This document shows, in pieces, positions 10,601 to 19,623 of a stretch of DNA of 64,000 nt (the stretch's first letter is position 1; each line of letters starts with the position of its first letter). This DNA comes from Candidatus Bathyarchaeota archaeon. GTDB taxonomy: Archaea; Thermoproteota; Bathyarchaeia; Bathyarchaeales; Bathycorpusculaceae. The notes beneath the pieces were generated by a model. The model did no database searches. It saw only the letters and a list, made by a program, of their open reading frames with translations, and was not told the DNA's origin. A program made the position numbers and the translations under genes. The DNA lies in NCBI GenBank assembly GCA_963827165.1, contig CAWGZR010000009.1:128001-192000 (forward strand). The letters run 5' to 3'.

Positions 10601-11015
10601 GGAAGCAAAGTTTCGATTTAAGCATGACAGGGATGTTGCCGATGTAAACCAGTTCAGTATCCTGTTCTCTGCCGTCGATGACGGGAGTCATTTCCAACGC
10701 AATCGGAGCCGAATACGCTAAGTTGCGGAGGCGGGCTTCCATCGGGTAAATTTCATGTTTTGTGCCGTCTACTTCAGTGACGTATGGACCGGTGATTCTT
10801 GATTGGGGGTCGATTACCCAGATTTGTCCAAGTTTCACTTTATAGGGGCTTTCTGGCACTTCTATAGGGATTTCGGCGACTTCATCGGTGACTTCTTGTA
10901 AGCCATGGTCGATGAATTCGTTGTAGCTGTCAAGGTGCTGCCTGACAAGTCCTTTTTCTTTGAAAAATGTTTTTAGTAAATCATGGATGTCTTCTTTCTG
11001 GATAGTAGCGGTCAA
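7647..11015 (-). CDS. rpo2: DNA-directed RNA polymerase subunit B (unsplit)
   Basis: GDKFASRHGQKG, RFGEMERDC, CPNETPEG, C-terminal zinc finger. Confidence 0.98.
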   Translation of the reverse strand: MTATIQKEDIHDLLKTFFKEKGLVRQHLDSYNEFIDHGLQEVTDEVAEIPIEVPESPYKVKLGQIWVIDPQSRITGPYVTEVDGTKHEIYPMEARLRNLAYSAPIALEMTPVIDGREQDTELVYIGNIPVMLKSKLCFLSQLSREELIAAGEDPDDQGGYFVVNGSERVIVAMEDLAPNRVIVDIDEKGTAPVYQAKIFSTTVGFRARIELKLKSDDAIYVTMPGVPTEIPFVVIMRALSLEKDKEIAEAVSLDSEMQSQLAASFEKAIGVDTPADAILFIGNRVAHGQVEEYRLQKAETALDKNFLPHLGRSDKNRQEKAIFLGEMAYRVLQLKTGKRQPDDKDHFKNKRLRLGGPLLADLFRVSFRNLTRDIKYQLERIGVKGPIITVSAAVRPGIITERFQHALATGNWGRGRVGITQLLDRTNYISTLSHLRRLQSPLSRSQPNFEARDLHPTHWGRLCPNETPEGSNCGLVKNLALSASIAVGVNPDRVRQLLFEMGTVPAGEASNELRISGAKVFVDGNIIGYCNNAGEIVKSFREKRRTGEISTEANVTYFTKMQTENEELHANCDEGRVRRPLIIVENGVPKLQPKHIEKIGLGEWTWEDLVKNGLVEYLDAEEEENAYISLTFDQIQPDNTHVEIATYTILGICASTIPYPEHNQSPRNSYQAAMAKQALGVYGTNFHHRVDSRSHILHYPQVPMVETELMEVMGYKQRPTGQNCIVAVLSFEGYNMEDALIFNKASIERGLARSTFYRIYEAECRQYLGGLKDKFTVPEPGTRGYRGEQYYRLLEPDGIISLESQVVGGDVLIGRISPPRFLEEYKEFEVKGPSMRDTSVDMRPSETGIVDGIFITMSGEGSQLVKVRVRDQRVPELGDKFASRHGQKGVIGLIVPQEDLPFTDGGLVPDLIINPHAIPSRMTIGQFIESLAGKAASARGRPADGTPFSNEGPDEVRKSLIKLGFSHTGGEVFYSGTTGEKFVADVFVGVVYYQKLHHMVADKIHARARGQVQMLTRQPTEGRARGGGLRFGEMERDCLIGHGAAMLLRDRLLEESDKYTLYICENCGQIAYFDMKQRRYVCRICDEKAKISPVIVSYAFKLLLQELQSLCITPKLRLKEKA

Positions 11016-11198
11016 TTAATCATTTCTCCATTAATTTGAGCCCTATAGGATTTAGTTAGGTATGTATTGTTCAAACTTTCAACTCCAAAGATACGGGATT
11101 ATCCAACTTGAAAAAGGGTTCTCCTAACTTTTCTAAAGGCACAAAGACATGCTACGCAGCTAGCTAATAAACCTTGTCATACACATTGAAACTAAAAT

Positions 11199-11550
11199 AA
11201 AGGAGCGCTAAACTTTCATAGAGTCCCCGCATCAAAAAATGTTTGAAGGTTGCCGTTGCATGAAAAGAAATGGAAAAAGCGCCGGAATTAGATTGCAATT
11301 GGAAAAGTGGCTTTTTGCAGACGGAAAATTTTGTGGAAATGGGTTCTTCAGAAAAAATTGAGCCCCTTCTTTCTGTGAAGGAAAGTTGCGATTTCCTGCA
11401 AATTTTTTTGTTTGTGTTTTGGGTCGCTTTTTTGGTTTGGGGCTTGGATTGTTTGCAGGTTGAGTCTTTAATAGTCCATAATAGTCTACAATAGTCAGTA
11501 ATAGTCTTTAATAGTCGCCTATAGTCAATAAAAGTCAAAGGAGCGCTAAA
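11199..11550. repeat. 14-bp direct repeat AAAGGAGCGCTAAA at 11199-11212 and 11537-11550
   Basis: Exact match read from sequence. Confidence 0.8.
11461..11540 (+). repeat. tandem array of eight 10-bp units with AGTC core (consensus ATAGTCnnTA)
   Basis: tgagtcttta atagtccata atagtctaca atagtcagta atagtcttta atagtcgcct atagtcaata aaagtcaaag. Confidence 0.85.
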
Positions 11551-11553
11551 TAA

Positions 11554-11871
11554 CTAGTATCTGGCAATTTTGTAACGTCTTCTTCCCAACTGACGCTGCC
11601 TCTTTTCTTGTGCCTCAGTTAATGAAGAGTTGCCTGTCTTGACCTCAAAAACCGTTGGTTCGCCAATTTCGTTTCCAAAAAAGTCACGTTTCAGAACAAT
11701 AAAATCGCCCCCGTCACGAATTTTCCTGCAGTCATGCCCCTGCATGGTTTGGTCAAACGCAAATCGGTCCTTAGCGATTTCGCCTTTGGCGCATTTGCTT
11801 GGCATGCTAAACCGTTTTGAAACACGCCCAAACTTCGAAAGGTCAATATTTTTTGAGTCTTTTTTGCCCAA
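11554..11871 (-). CDS. small PD-(D/E)XK nuclease-like protein
   Basis: GE-helix, GGDFIV...VFEVKTGNSSLTEAQ matches D...ExK motif. Confidence 0.6.
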   Translation of the reverse strand: MGKKDSKNIDLSKFGRVSKRFSMPSKCAKGEIAKDRFAFDQTMQGHDCRKIRDGGDFIVLKRDFFGNEIGEPTVFEVKTGNSSLTEAQEKRQRQLGRRRYKIARY

Positions 11872-11947
11872 GGGATGCAGCTCTTTGCTTTCTACTTAAC
11901 AGGGTATATTAAAAAGTTGCCGATGAGCTCCACACGTAGCATCGGAA

Positions 11948-12835
11948 TTATTTTCGTTCGATTATTTCTAGATCTGCGTTCTTTTCCTTGTTAAGGGTTT
12001 TTCGGGTTATTAACGAAAGAAGGTTCGAGTCCAGTTCATATCCTACACTGTTACGCCCGTTTTGCATGGCGCCTTTTGTAGTGGTGCCCGAACCCAAGAA
12101 AGGGTCGAGTACCGTGTCGCCTTTGATGCTAAACATCTTGATTAGCCGATCGGCGATTTCGTCAGGATATGCTGCTGTTCGTCTCTCGAGTTCGCTTGCG
12201 GTTTGCCGGGTGCCCTTTAGAGACCAGATTTGGCTGAACCATTCGTCGCGTTGAGGCTTCGTGAAAGCGCTGCCGTATCGTTGAGGATCTTTAGGCGGGA
12301 ACTTACGCAGGTTTCCCTTGCGGAAAAGCAGGATGAATTCGCAGTCAATCGTCACGTAAGCATTCGGCGGCAGAAAACCTGATCCTAAAAATGCGCCTTT
12401 GCCCTTGTATGTCGGTTTCGTTGTTGGCTTCTTCCAAAGGATGTAGGGCAACGTAGTGAAGCCGATTTTTTCGCAAATCTCCAATATTCGAGCGTGATTT
12501 GGGAAAAGCTTGAATTTTCCGTTGATTGTGCGAGTCGCGTCGCCGACGTTTATGCATGCTATGCCGCCGTCAACGAGAACTCGGTAGGTTTCTTGCCAAA
12601 CTGGCGCGAGATAGATGTGCATTGCGTCGTAAATTTGCGCGATCGCTTCATCTTCTCCGTCTTCTTCCAGTTTCCGCCATAGCGCTCCAATTCTGGGGTC
12701 CTCGTCGATGAAGATGCTGTCCCACATCTGAATCATGGGATAAGGCGGCGAAGTCACCATCAACTGGACGCTGCCGTCGACAAGTTCAGACATCCGTTGG
12801 CTGCTGCCAAAGATTATTTTGTGTTGAGTTAGCAT
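11948..12835 (-). CDS. site-specific N4-cytosine DNA methyltransferase (beta class)
   Basis: TSPPY motif IV precedes DPFLGSGTT motif I; start placed at MLTQHKII because the longer ORF overlaps pepF. Confidence 0.9.
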   Translation of the reverse strand: MLTQHKIIFGSSQRMSELVDGSVQLMVTSPPYPMIQMWDSIFIDEDPRIGALWRKLEEDGEDEAIAQIYDAMHIYLAPVWQETYRVLVDGGIACINVGDATRTINGKFKLFPNHARILEICEKIGFTTLPYILWKKPTTKPTYKGKGAFLGSGFLPPNAYVTIDCEFILLFRKGNLRKFPPKDPQRYGSAFTKPQRDEWFSQIWSLKGTRQTASELERRTAAYPDEIADRLIKMFSIKGDTVLDPFLGSGTTTKGAMQNGRNSVGYELDSNLLSLITRKTLNKEKNADLEIIERK

Positions 12836-12963
12836 GCTTGTTCTCCTATGTAACATTGAGCGAGCGCTTTTACTTTTGCGGTCTTGATGAGCAACAATTC
12901 GACTGAAAACAAAATATGGGAAACCCAAAATAATAGAGCATAGTTTAATCCTTAGGCGAAAAC

Positions 12964-14751
12964 ATGAGTGACGAGAAAAAGGAGATACCGTGGGATCTAA
13001 CAGAACTTTTCTCAAGTCCAAATGACCCGTCAATTGAAAAGGCTTTGGCGGAAGCAAGGACCTGGGCTAATGATTTTGAGAATGCATATCGAGGGAAAAT
13101 TGCCTCACTGAACCCAGCCCATCTGCTAAGCTGTCTACAGGACCTTGAGTCTTTCAACCTGAAAATGGAGGATATTTCACTTTTTGCAAGTCTTTCCTTC
13201 TCAGCTAACATGACCTTGCCCGAGGTACAGACGCTCTACGACCGGGTAAGCAAGTTTGAGGCAGAGTTGAGCAAGAAACTCGCTTTCTTTTCGCTGGATC
13301 TTGGTGCTCTGCTTAAAGCCAAACCCGAATTGACTGCTGAGCCATTGCTAACTAATTATCGGCACATGCTGGAACGTGTACAACGCCGTGTCCCCCATCA
13401 ACTAAGCGAGGTGGAAGAGCAGTTAATCATTGAGAAAGATCAATTTGGCGTGCAGGCTTGGGAGGAGTTGCAGAGCAAATGGCTGAATACCCGAATGTTT
13501 GATGTCGTCGTCAAAGGGGAAAAGAAGACGCTTAGTTACGGTGAAGCCAACGGATTGCTGTCGCATCCTGACAGGTCAACGCGGGAATCCGCGAACCGCT
13601 CCATATATGGTTTGCTTGGCAGAGACGGTGAAGTTTTTGCTTCAGCCTTACGAAGCATCTGCAACGACTGGGTCACAGTTTCAAAGCGCAGAAAATACGC
13701 GTCTCCTATGGAGTCAAGCGTCCTAAACAATGATACCGAAGAGGCGATAATTGACAATCTGCTAGAGGCGATTGAGAAAAAAGCCATCGTTTACCAACGT
13801 TACCTGAAGCTTAAAGCTAAGCTCATGAATCTGCCTGTCATTGGAAACCACGATATCGTTGCACCTCTGCCAGACATGCCAGAGCAAAAATTTACTTTTG
13901 AAGAAGCCAAAGAACTAGTCACGCGGGCATACAGCCGCTTCGACACGGAATATTCAGCTGCTGTTCAGGAAATGTTTGCTAAACGCCGAATCGACGTAAC
14001 TCCCCGGTTTGGGAAACGCAACGGTGCTTTCTGTGCAAGCTGGTTTAAGGGCAAATCCGCGTTTGTTCTTGACAATTTCAATGGAGCACTCACCGACGTT
14101 TATACGCTGGCGCATGAGCTAGGACACGCCACGCATGACTATTACATGTCACGAAGCCAAACCCTAATGAATACAAGCGTAGCCTCGACAGTAGCCGAGA
14201 CCGCTTCAATTTTCGGCGAGCTATTGCTAACCAATTTGCTCCTTGAGGAAGCAAAATCAGATGCGCAACGCAAAGCAGTTCTCTGTTTGGTTCTAGACGA
14301 AGCAGGCATGACGGCTTTTCAAGTGACCGCGCGAGTATGGTTCGAGCAAGCCCTATACAAATCAATTCAGAACAGCGAATACCTCGACTACCCGAAGATT
14401 TGCCGCCACTGGACAAAAGCGCGGGACCGCATATTTGGCGACGCCGTCACATGGTTCCCTGAAATGGAGGCAGAATGGACCATGAAGCCGCACTATTATA
14501 TGGCGAACTACCGCTTCTACAATTACCCCTACGTCTACGCGCAAATGTTCGTCTACTCGCTCTACGACCGGTATCTGGAGGAGGGGAAAGCGTTTGTTCC
14601 CAAGCTGGAGCGGGCGTTATCAGCGGGCAGCAGTGTGTCACCGCTGGAAATCGGCAAAATCGTCGGCCTCGATGTGGCAGACCCCAACTTCTGGAACGGA
14701 GGGTTAAAAGTTTTCGAGCGCTTCATTGTTGACTTGGAAAAAGTCATTTAA
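12964..14751 (+). CDS. pepF: oligoendopeptidase F (M3B)
   Basis: WDLTELF N-terminus, GKRNGAF, HELGH zinc motif, AETAS, PHYY..FYNYPY. Confidence 0.93.
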   Translation: MSDEKKEIPWDLTELFSSPNDPSIEKALAEARTWANDFENAYRGKIASLNPAHLLSCLQDLESFNLKMEDISLFASLSFSANMTLPEVQTLYDRVSKFEAELSKKLAFFSLDLGALLKAKPELTAEPLLTNYRHMLERVQRRVPHQLSEVEEQLIIEKDQFGVQAWEELQSKWLNTRMFDVVVKGEKKTLSYGEANGLLSHPDRSTRESANRSIYGLLGRDGEVFASALRSICNDWVTVSKRRKYASPMESSVLNNDTEEAIIDNLLEAIEKKAIVYQRYLKLKAKLMNLPVIGNHDIVAPLPDMPEQKFTFEEAKELVTRAYSRFDTEYSAAVQEMFAKRRIDVTPRFGKRNGAFCASWFKGKSAFVLDNFNGALTDVYTLAHELGHATHDYYMSRSQTLMNTSVASTVAETASIFGELLLTNLLLEEAKSDAQRKAVLCLVLDEAGMTAFQVTARVWFEQALYKSIQNSEYLDYPKICRHWTKARDRIFGDAVTWFPEMEAEWTMKPHYYMANYRFYNYPYVYAQMFVYSLYDRYLEEGKAFVPKLERALSAGSSVSPLEIGKIVGLDVADPNFWNGGLKVFERFIVDLEKVI

Positions 14752-14868
14752 CACGTGTCAACGGATCTAGTACAAGAGAGAGCGGAGGGGGTCCCTCTCC
14801 CACTTAACATATTTACAGAGTGGGAAATGATTAATAAGACAGAACCCAGACATTTTTAGCTGGATTGG

Positions 14869-15015
14869 GCTGCGGTAACCAAGCCAGGTCAAAGGTGAAA
14901 GAATACGCATCAGTGTATTCCGCTAAGGACTCAAGATCTAACATTTGGCCGGCAAAGGCCTCGATGGGATATCCTTTCCCTCAGGGGTTCGCAGGTTCGA
15001 ATCCTGCCCGCAGCA
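14869..15015 (+). tRNA. tRNA-Leu(CAA) with two introns (14900-14926 at 28/29; 14936-14970 at 37/38)
   Basis: Acceptor GCTGCGG/CCGCAGC, anticodon stem AAGGA/TCCTT with loop CTCAAGA after splicing, long variable arm, GCAGG-TTCGAAT-CCTGC; TATA-like TTAATA about 35 bp upstream. Confidence 0.9.
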
Positions 15016-15208
15016 CTTTAAACCCTATTCCGAGCTTATTTAGGTAAATAAGCTGAAATAAGCGTTTTAGATAATTATCAGAGCCCCTACACGCTCTAAA
15101 TCGACATATAAAGAAAACAGCATAAACAATGATCAAAGTAGCTTCCAGGTAAAAATTTCCAAAGATAAAATCGGGTTACGCCCAGCACGCTAACTTCCAA
15201 GTATTGAA

Positions 15209-15580
15209 CTAGATGAGTTTAATGTTGCTTTTGCCAACACCGGCAAGTTTTCGATCCCTTGTCAGCAATACCTCATCGTGCGCTAATGATATGCCTGCGA
15301 TAAGTAAATCGTTCTCATTAATCATTCTACCGGAATCCTTAAGCTCTGTAAAAAGAACCGCAGCTTTTTTCGCAGCGTCACTATCGAATGGATAGATATC
15401 TAATTCCGAGAGGAAATCTTCTGCCAGCTGTCTCTTCAGCTTTGTCTTATGTTTGAGCAATTCATACTCAGTTATGCTAGTTGTCTTTATTTCCTCCTTG
15501 TTGGCAATTTCTTGTACTAAAGAAACAAGCCTTTCGTCGCCAGCTATAAAATCGATGATAACGCTTGTATCAATTAACAT
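15209..15580 (-). CDS. vapC: VapC PIN-domain toxin
   Basis: LIDTSVIID..E..ENDLLIAG..LLTRD. Confidence 0.93.
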   Translation of the reverse strand: MLIDTSVIIDFIAGDERLVSLVQEIANKEEIKTTSITEYELLKHKTKLKRQLAEDFLSELDIYPFDSDAAKKAAVLFTELKDSGRMINENDLLIAGISLAHDEVLLTRDRKLAGVGKSNIKLI

Positions 15581-15582
15581 AA

Positions 15583-15834
15583 TTATTCCTCTTCGAATGA
15601 TCTACCGTAATTTGCTTCCCTTTCAGCAGCAATTTGCATTTTCAGTTGCTCAAGTTTTTCCTTTTCGTTTTTCATAACTCCAGCAAATTTCATTATGTCG
15701 GTTTTCTTTTTTGTTGAACAAAGGCTTTCTTTTATTACTTCGGAAAAGCTTTTTTTGCCTTTTCGCGCAGATAGAAGTTCGTAGACTTCGTTTGACACCG
15801 AAATTTGTCTTGCCACCTTAATCCCTACATACAT
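15583..15834 (-). CDS. vapB: VapB-type antitoxin
   Basis: RQISVSNEVYELL..KSFSEVI; immediately upstream of vapC. Confidence 0.85.
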   Translation of the reverse strand: MYVGIKVARQISVSNEVYELLSARKGKKSFSEVIKESLCSTKKKTDIMKFAGVMKNEKEKLEQLKMQIAAEREANYGRSFEEE

Positions 15835-16583
15835 AAGCTATACATACTTACTGATAAATCTAGTTAGATGAGAATTCTACCTGAACGGGTCAGTAAAAGT
15901 TGCGTGCTTCCTTAAGGTTACTCCGCTTCTTAATAGAAGCGCAACTAGGCCTATTTTCGCAATTTCTTGAGAGAGAACCCCAAATCCTCCACTAAGAAAT
16001 CATAGAAAACTCTTTAAGCATTCAGCGTCGCCCAATCACTTGCAATACGCATACTTATCGTCCGACCGACGGTTTAAACGACGGCGTGAAGCTACCCCGT
16101 AGCACTTTCAGCCTCACTTCAAGCCTATTTTGGCAGATAGATCACAAATCACGAGCATTTTAAAATGAAAATCAACCATAAACTGACCCAGAAGTTGAGA
16201 CGTATGCCTGTTTTGGGCTGAGTCCAATAGTGGTTTAATCCAATTTGCGTTCGCATCTCTTCATTGACACATGAAACTTGATCTGTTCAAACGATAGATA
16301 GACCCAATTCAATCGTAATTAGCTGTTGTTCAAGAAACTGTGAAGAAATTATTCAGGAAAATCTTTGCACTATTTGTTTGAGAACGAGATTATAGTTGAA
16401 GACCATCATTAACCTCTTGACCAATGTGACCAATTTCTGACTTAGGAATTCATCAAGTTTTCTCATCAGCATACTTCAAAATTGTTCATGACGGTATTTG
16501 AAAATATCTTTGGGAAATAAAAGCTAACAGCACAAGTACATTTTTTCGTTTCTTACGCGTGTGAAAACTTGCTATAATTTTTT

Positions 16584-17351
16584 CTATTTCATTTCCAGAA
16601 AAATTCGTTTGAGAATTGTTGCGCCATGCCTCATCTTGAGCTTCTTTTCGCCTATTCTTTCGCGATATCTAATTGGAACTTCGACCGTTCTATAACCTTG
16701 TTTTGTCACTTGGGAGTTAAGTTCAACCTCAATATCGAAGCCTAAGGATCTTATCTTCCAACTCTTAAAAATATCTGCTCTTACAACCCTCAAACCTGTC
16801 AAAGGATCTTCAAGATCTACCCCATTCAATATGTTATGCGCTAAAGCAAGCATTCTATTTCCCAAGTAAAATTGGGTATGCAATGCCTTTTCATCTTTCT
16901 TTCCGCCCAATCTGTTTCCACAAACCATGCCCACATCAGGATTTTGCTCGAGTATCTCAATCATTGAAGGGATATGCTCTGCAGGATATGTGTAGTCAGC
17001 ATCAGTTAAAACGATGTATTTTGCTTCCGTGTCCATTAGGCTTATTCCCTTAGCGATTGCATCTCCCTTGCCAATGCCAGTCTGAAAGGCTATTTGGGCA
17101 CCTGAGTCTTTTGCAATCTCTACAGTTCTATCTCGACTATTTCCATCGACTACAAGAATGCTTGAGTTGCCCATTACCTGTTTAAATTCTTTTAGTGTTA
17201 AGCCGACACCGTTTTCTTCGTTAAGCGCAGCAACTATTAGCTGAGTGGGAGAATAATTCATCAAATTGGCTTGCAATTGCTTTTTCCTTCTTGTAAAATC
17301 CTTATGTTTCTTTGAGAAAAGTCGGTGTGGCCCATTTCTATACCAAAACAC
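16584..17351 (-). CDS. glycosyltransferase family 2 (DPM1-like)
   Basis: AALNEE, VVDGNSRDRT, GKGDAI, TDAD, D...GLR. Confidence 0.92.
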   Translation of the reverse strand: MFWYRNGPHRLFSKKHKDFTRRKKQLQANLMNYSPTQLIVAALNEENGVGLTLKEFKQVMGNSSILVVDGNSRDRTVEIAKDSGAQIAFQTGIGKGDAIAKGISLMDTEAKYIVLTDADYTYPAEHIPSMIEILEQNPDVGMVCGNRLGGKKDEKALHTQFYLGNRMLALAHNILNGVDLEDPLTGLRVVRADIFKSWKIRSLGFDIEVELNSQVTKQGYRTVEVPIRYRERIGEKKLKMRHGATILKRIFLEMK

Positions 17352-17396
17352 GTCCCTTTCCTTAATGCTAAGTTGTAAGCAGAACTAATAAGCAAT

Positions 17397-17420
17397 TGTT
17401 ATTGTAATCGTACAATCACT
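17397..17420 (-). promoter_or_regulatory. 24-bp TGT-N3-TGT-N6-ACA-N3-ACA motif, site 1 (upstream of GT2)
   Basis: minus strand AGT gat TGT acgatt ACA ata ACA attgc TTATTA. Confidence 0.6.
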
Positions 17421-17827
17421 TTTTTCAAACATATTTGGAGTCGGGTTGACATAATATATCATAGTAATTCTAGAGTTTTGCATTTGTATTTCAGTTAAGA
17501 CGATCCCAACTTGGCAGGGTTTTCATGGTAACATAAAACTGAAGATCTCTTTCAGACTCGGTTCAAATCCCGCCAGGTTCAGCCCAAACCAGAGCAGATA
17601 TGGTTTTGAACCTGATTTTTGGTGCAACTCGGCGAGCTTATTCTCAAATGAAAATTGGTTGTTGAAGGAAGTTTAGGAATTTAATATTCTGGATTCGCGC
17701 CTGTTCTAAGGTAAGACCGATATAGATTCAAACCGCTTCAAGCTCGAATTCAAGCATAAATTTCTTTACCTATTATGCCTGATTTATTGTGTTATCTAAT
17801 AATCGCATGGTCTACATTGATAGGGGT

Positions 17828-18633
17828 CTACTTCATTCGAGTTCTTTGAGGGCTTCTTCTACCCCGGTAGCTCTCATGGACAATTTTCACTATTGCCTTC
17901 ACCATTTTCGTCGGGTCAGGAGCCTGAAAAACATTTCGCCCTATCGAGGCGCCTGCTCCTCCAGCCTGCATGGACTCCCAGACCATCTGCAGAACATCAC
18001 TGTTTGTTTTCATCCTTGGGCCTCCCGCAACTACCACTGGAGCTGGACACCCCTCCACAACTTCCTTAAACGAATCTATGTCTCCAGGGTAGTTTGTTTT
18101 GACTATGTCCGCTCCCAGTTCCGCACCGATCCGCGCCGCAAGTTTTACAGCCTCGACGTCATTCTCGGACTTGACTTTTCGTCCACGAGGGTACATCATT
18201 GCAACGAGGGGCATACCCCATTTCATGCACTCCTGTGAGACAAAACCCAAAGTTTTAAGCATTTCAGACTCATTGTCCGCTCCAACATTAATGTGAACAC
18301 TCACTGCGTCCGCACCCATTATCAATGCTTCCTCAACGGTCGCCACAAGGACTTTATTGTTCGGGTCTGGACTAATACTCAGAACTCCCAGAAAGATGCA
18401 TAATCAATCCCGATGTCTCTGTCATATCTTCGATGACCATAAAGGGGAAGACCTTTGTGACCGAGAACGGCGTTTGCTCCTCCTTCAGCGACTTTATCAA
18501 CCATCTCAGAAAGCTTGACCAAGCCTTTTATGGGACCAACTGAAACCCCATGATCCATGGGCACTATGACCGTTTTCTTAGTCTGTCGGTTAAATATTCT
18601 TTCAAGTCGGATCGACTTTCCAATTAAACTCAT
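17828..18633 (-). pseudogene. class I aldolase / 2-amino-3,7-dideoxy-D-threo-hept-6-ulosonate synthase family, frameshifted (pseudogene or assembly error)
   Basis: [40 protein letters not shown] spread over several frames; about three indels. Confidence 0.85.
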
Positions 18634-18927
18634 TTCAACACCCATTTTCTATTGTTGTTCAGTTCATAAAAAATTTATGTTTAGGACCGATAACTGTCGG
18701 TGAAAAAATATCCTGTCTTTTTTGGTATGCGCACTGGCAATTTTTGAACATCTTTTTTAGCGGTAAAATGGGGCTAGGATCCACCTCTCAGCACTTAATC
18801 AAGAAAAGATTTTGAACCCAACTGGAAAAACCTGAAGACTAACCTGAGACAATTATTTTATTCTCCATTTTCGAGTTTCAGTCAAAACCCCGCACTTCGA
18901 GTGATCATGGCCAAAAAAACGTTAGAT

Positions 18928-18951
18928 TGTAGGTGTTGATTCACAGTCACA
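18928..18951 (+). promoter_or_regulatory. 24-bp motif, site 2
   Basis: TGT agg TGT tgattc ACA gtc ACA cgcc TTAAAG. Confidence 0.75.
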
Positions 18952-18991
18952 CGCCTTAAAGTAAACCTATCGACTTAATGGTGAGTAAGGC

Positions 18992-19177
18992 TTGAAAATG
19001 GGCTTGCTTGATTCACTTTTCGTAGTTGCTGGGATACTTGTTAACTTTTGGCTCTTCAGCTTTGTCTTTCTTAACATAGGTACCATAATATGGGTTCTGC
19101 CTGTCATAGCCATCATCATGGTAGTTGCACGACTGGCTTTCAGGACGCAAAATATAAAATTAGACAAAGAAAGGTAG
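18992..19177 (+). CDS. small two-TM membrane protein
   Basis: Two hydrophobic segments; downstream of motif plus TATA, GGTGAG SD. Confidence 0.6.
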   Translation: MKMGLLDSLFVVAGILVNFWLFSFVFLNIGTIIWVLPVIAIIMVVARLAFRTQNIKLDKER

Positions 19178-19380
19178 GAATAAATGGAGTAAAGGTGGAA
19201 AGATATGGGTTTTGGAAGTTGGATTGGTGGTGTAGGGCTCTGTATATTAGGAGTTCTGTTAGGATTTTTTGGACTTGCAGTTCTTTTAGGAATTTTTAAA
19301 TTCGTTGCAACGAGCCTTGATCGCCCATTAGGAATAGGTAGTTTAGTGGTATGCTCGTCCACACTCACAGCCGATAAGGA

Positions 19381-19581
19381 TTACTTCTTCTTTTGTCTTA
19401 CAGCGACTTTAGCTTTCATTTCAAAGATAGTGTCCTCGCCGGCTTTTCCAATTCCAAAGTTCCATTCTAATACCTCTACGTCCATGTCTTTGAAGTGTGA
19501 AACCAACGATTTCTGGAATTCGCTCCATTTCTCGCTCATCTTCTCTATCTGTTCCTTGACGTCTATATGATGTTCTGACAT
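19381..19581 (-). CDS. small hypothetical protein
   Basis: 66 aa, GGAGGTG SD, follows PRC-barrel gene. Confidence 0.75.
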   Translation of the reverse strand: MSEHHIDVKEQIEKMSEKWSEFQKSLVSHFKDMDVEVLEWNFGIGKAGEDTIFEMKAKVAVRQKKK

Positions 19582-19623
19582 AATTCGTTACACCTCCCAA
19601 AATATCTAAAAAAAGGCATATGT

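Noticed and set aside
11461-11540. CRISPR array
   Set aside because: 10-bp period with no spacers and no cas genes; no CRISPR array seen anywhere in the window
15850-16560. Integrase remnant or structured ncRNA near the island's left end
   Set aside because: No tyrosine-recombinase motifs or convincing structure recognisable by eye; a translated HMM search would be needed
17556-17582. T-loop-like GGTTCAAATCCCGCC as a tRNA gene or second att site
   Set aside because: T-stem pairs poorly, with no acceptor or anticodon arms and no matching tRNA in the window
17828-18633. Split aldolase as a two-gene or recoded system
   Set aside because: About three isolated indels restore one ordinary ORF; assembly error or recent pseudogene
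18695-18718. Possible tenth 24-bp motif upstream of the aldolase (TGTCGGTG...)
   Set aside because: Only a half-site; the right arm does not match
18921-18927. GTTAGAT (GTTRRRY) as an integron attC site
   Set aside because: No matching RYYYAAC or attC hairpin, no repetition between genes, no IntI
19205-19570. 121-aa ORF as a full-length gene
   Set aside because: 3' half overlaps the better-supported antisense 66-aa gene; only the hydrophobic 5' part looks coding
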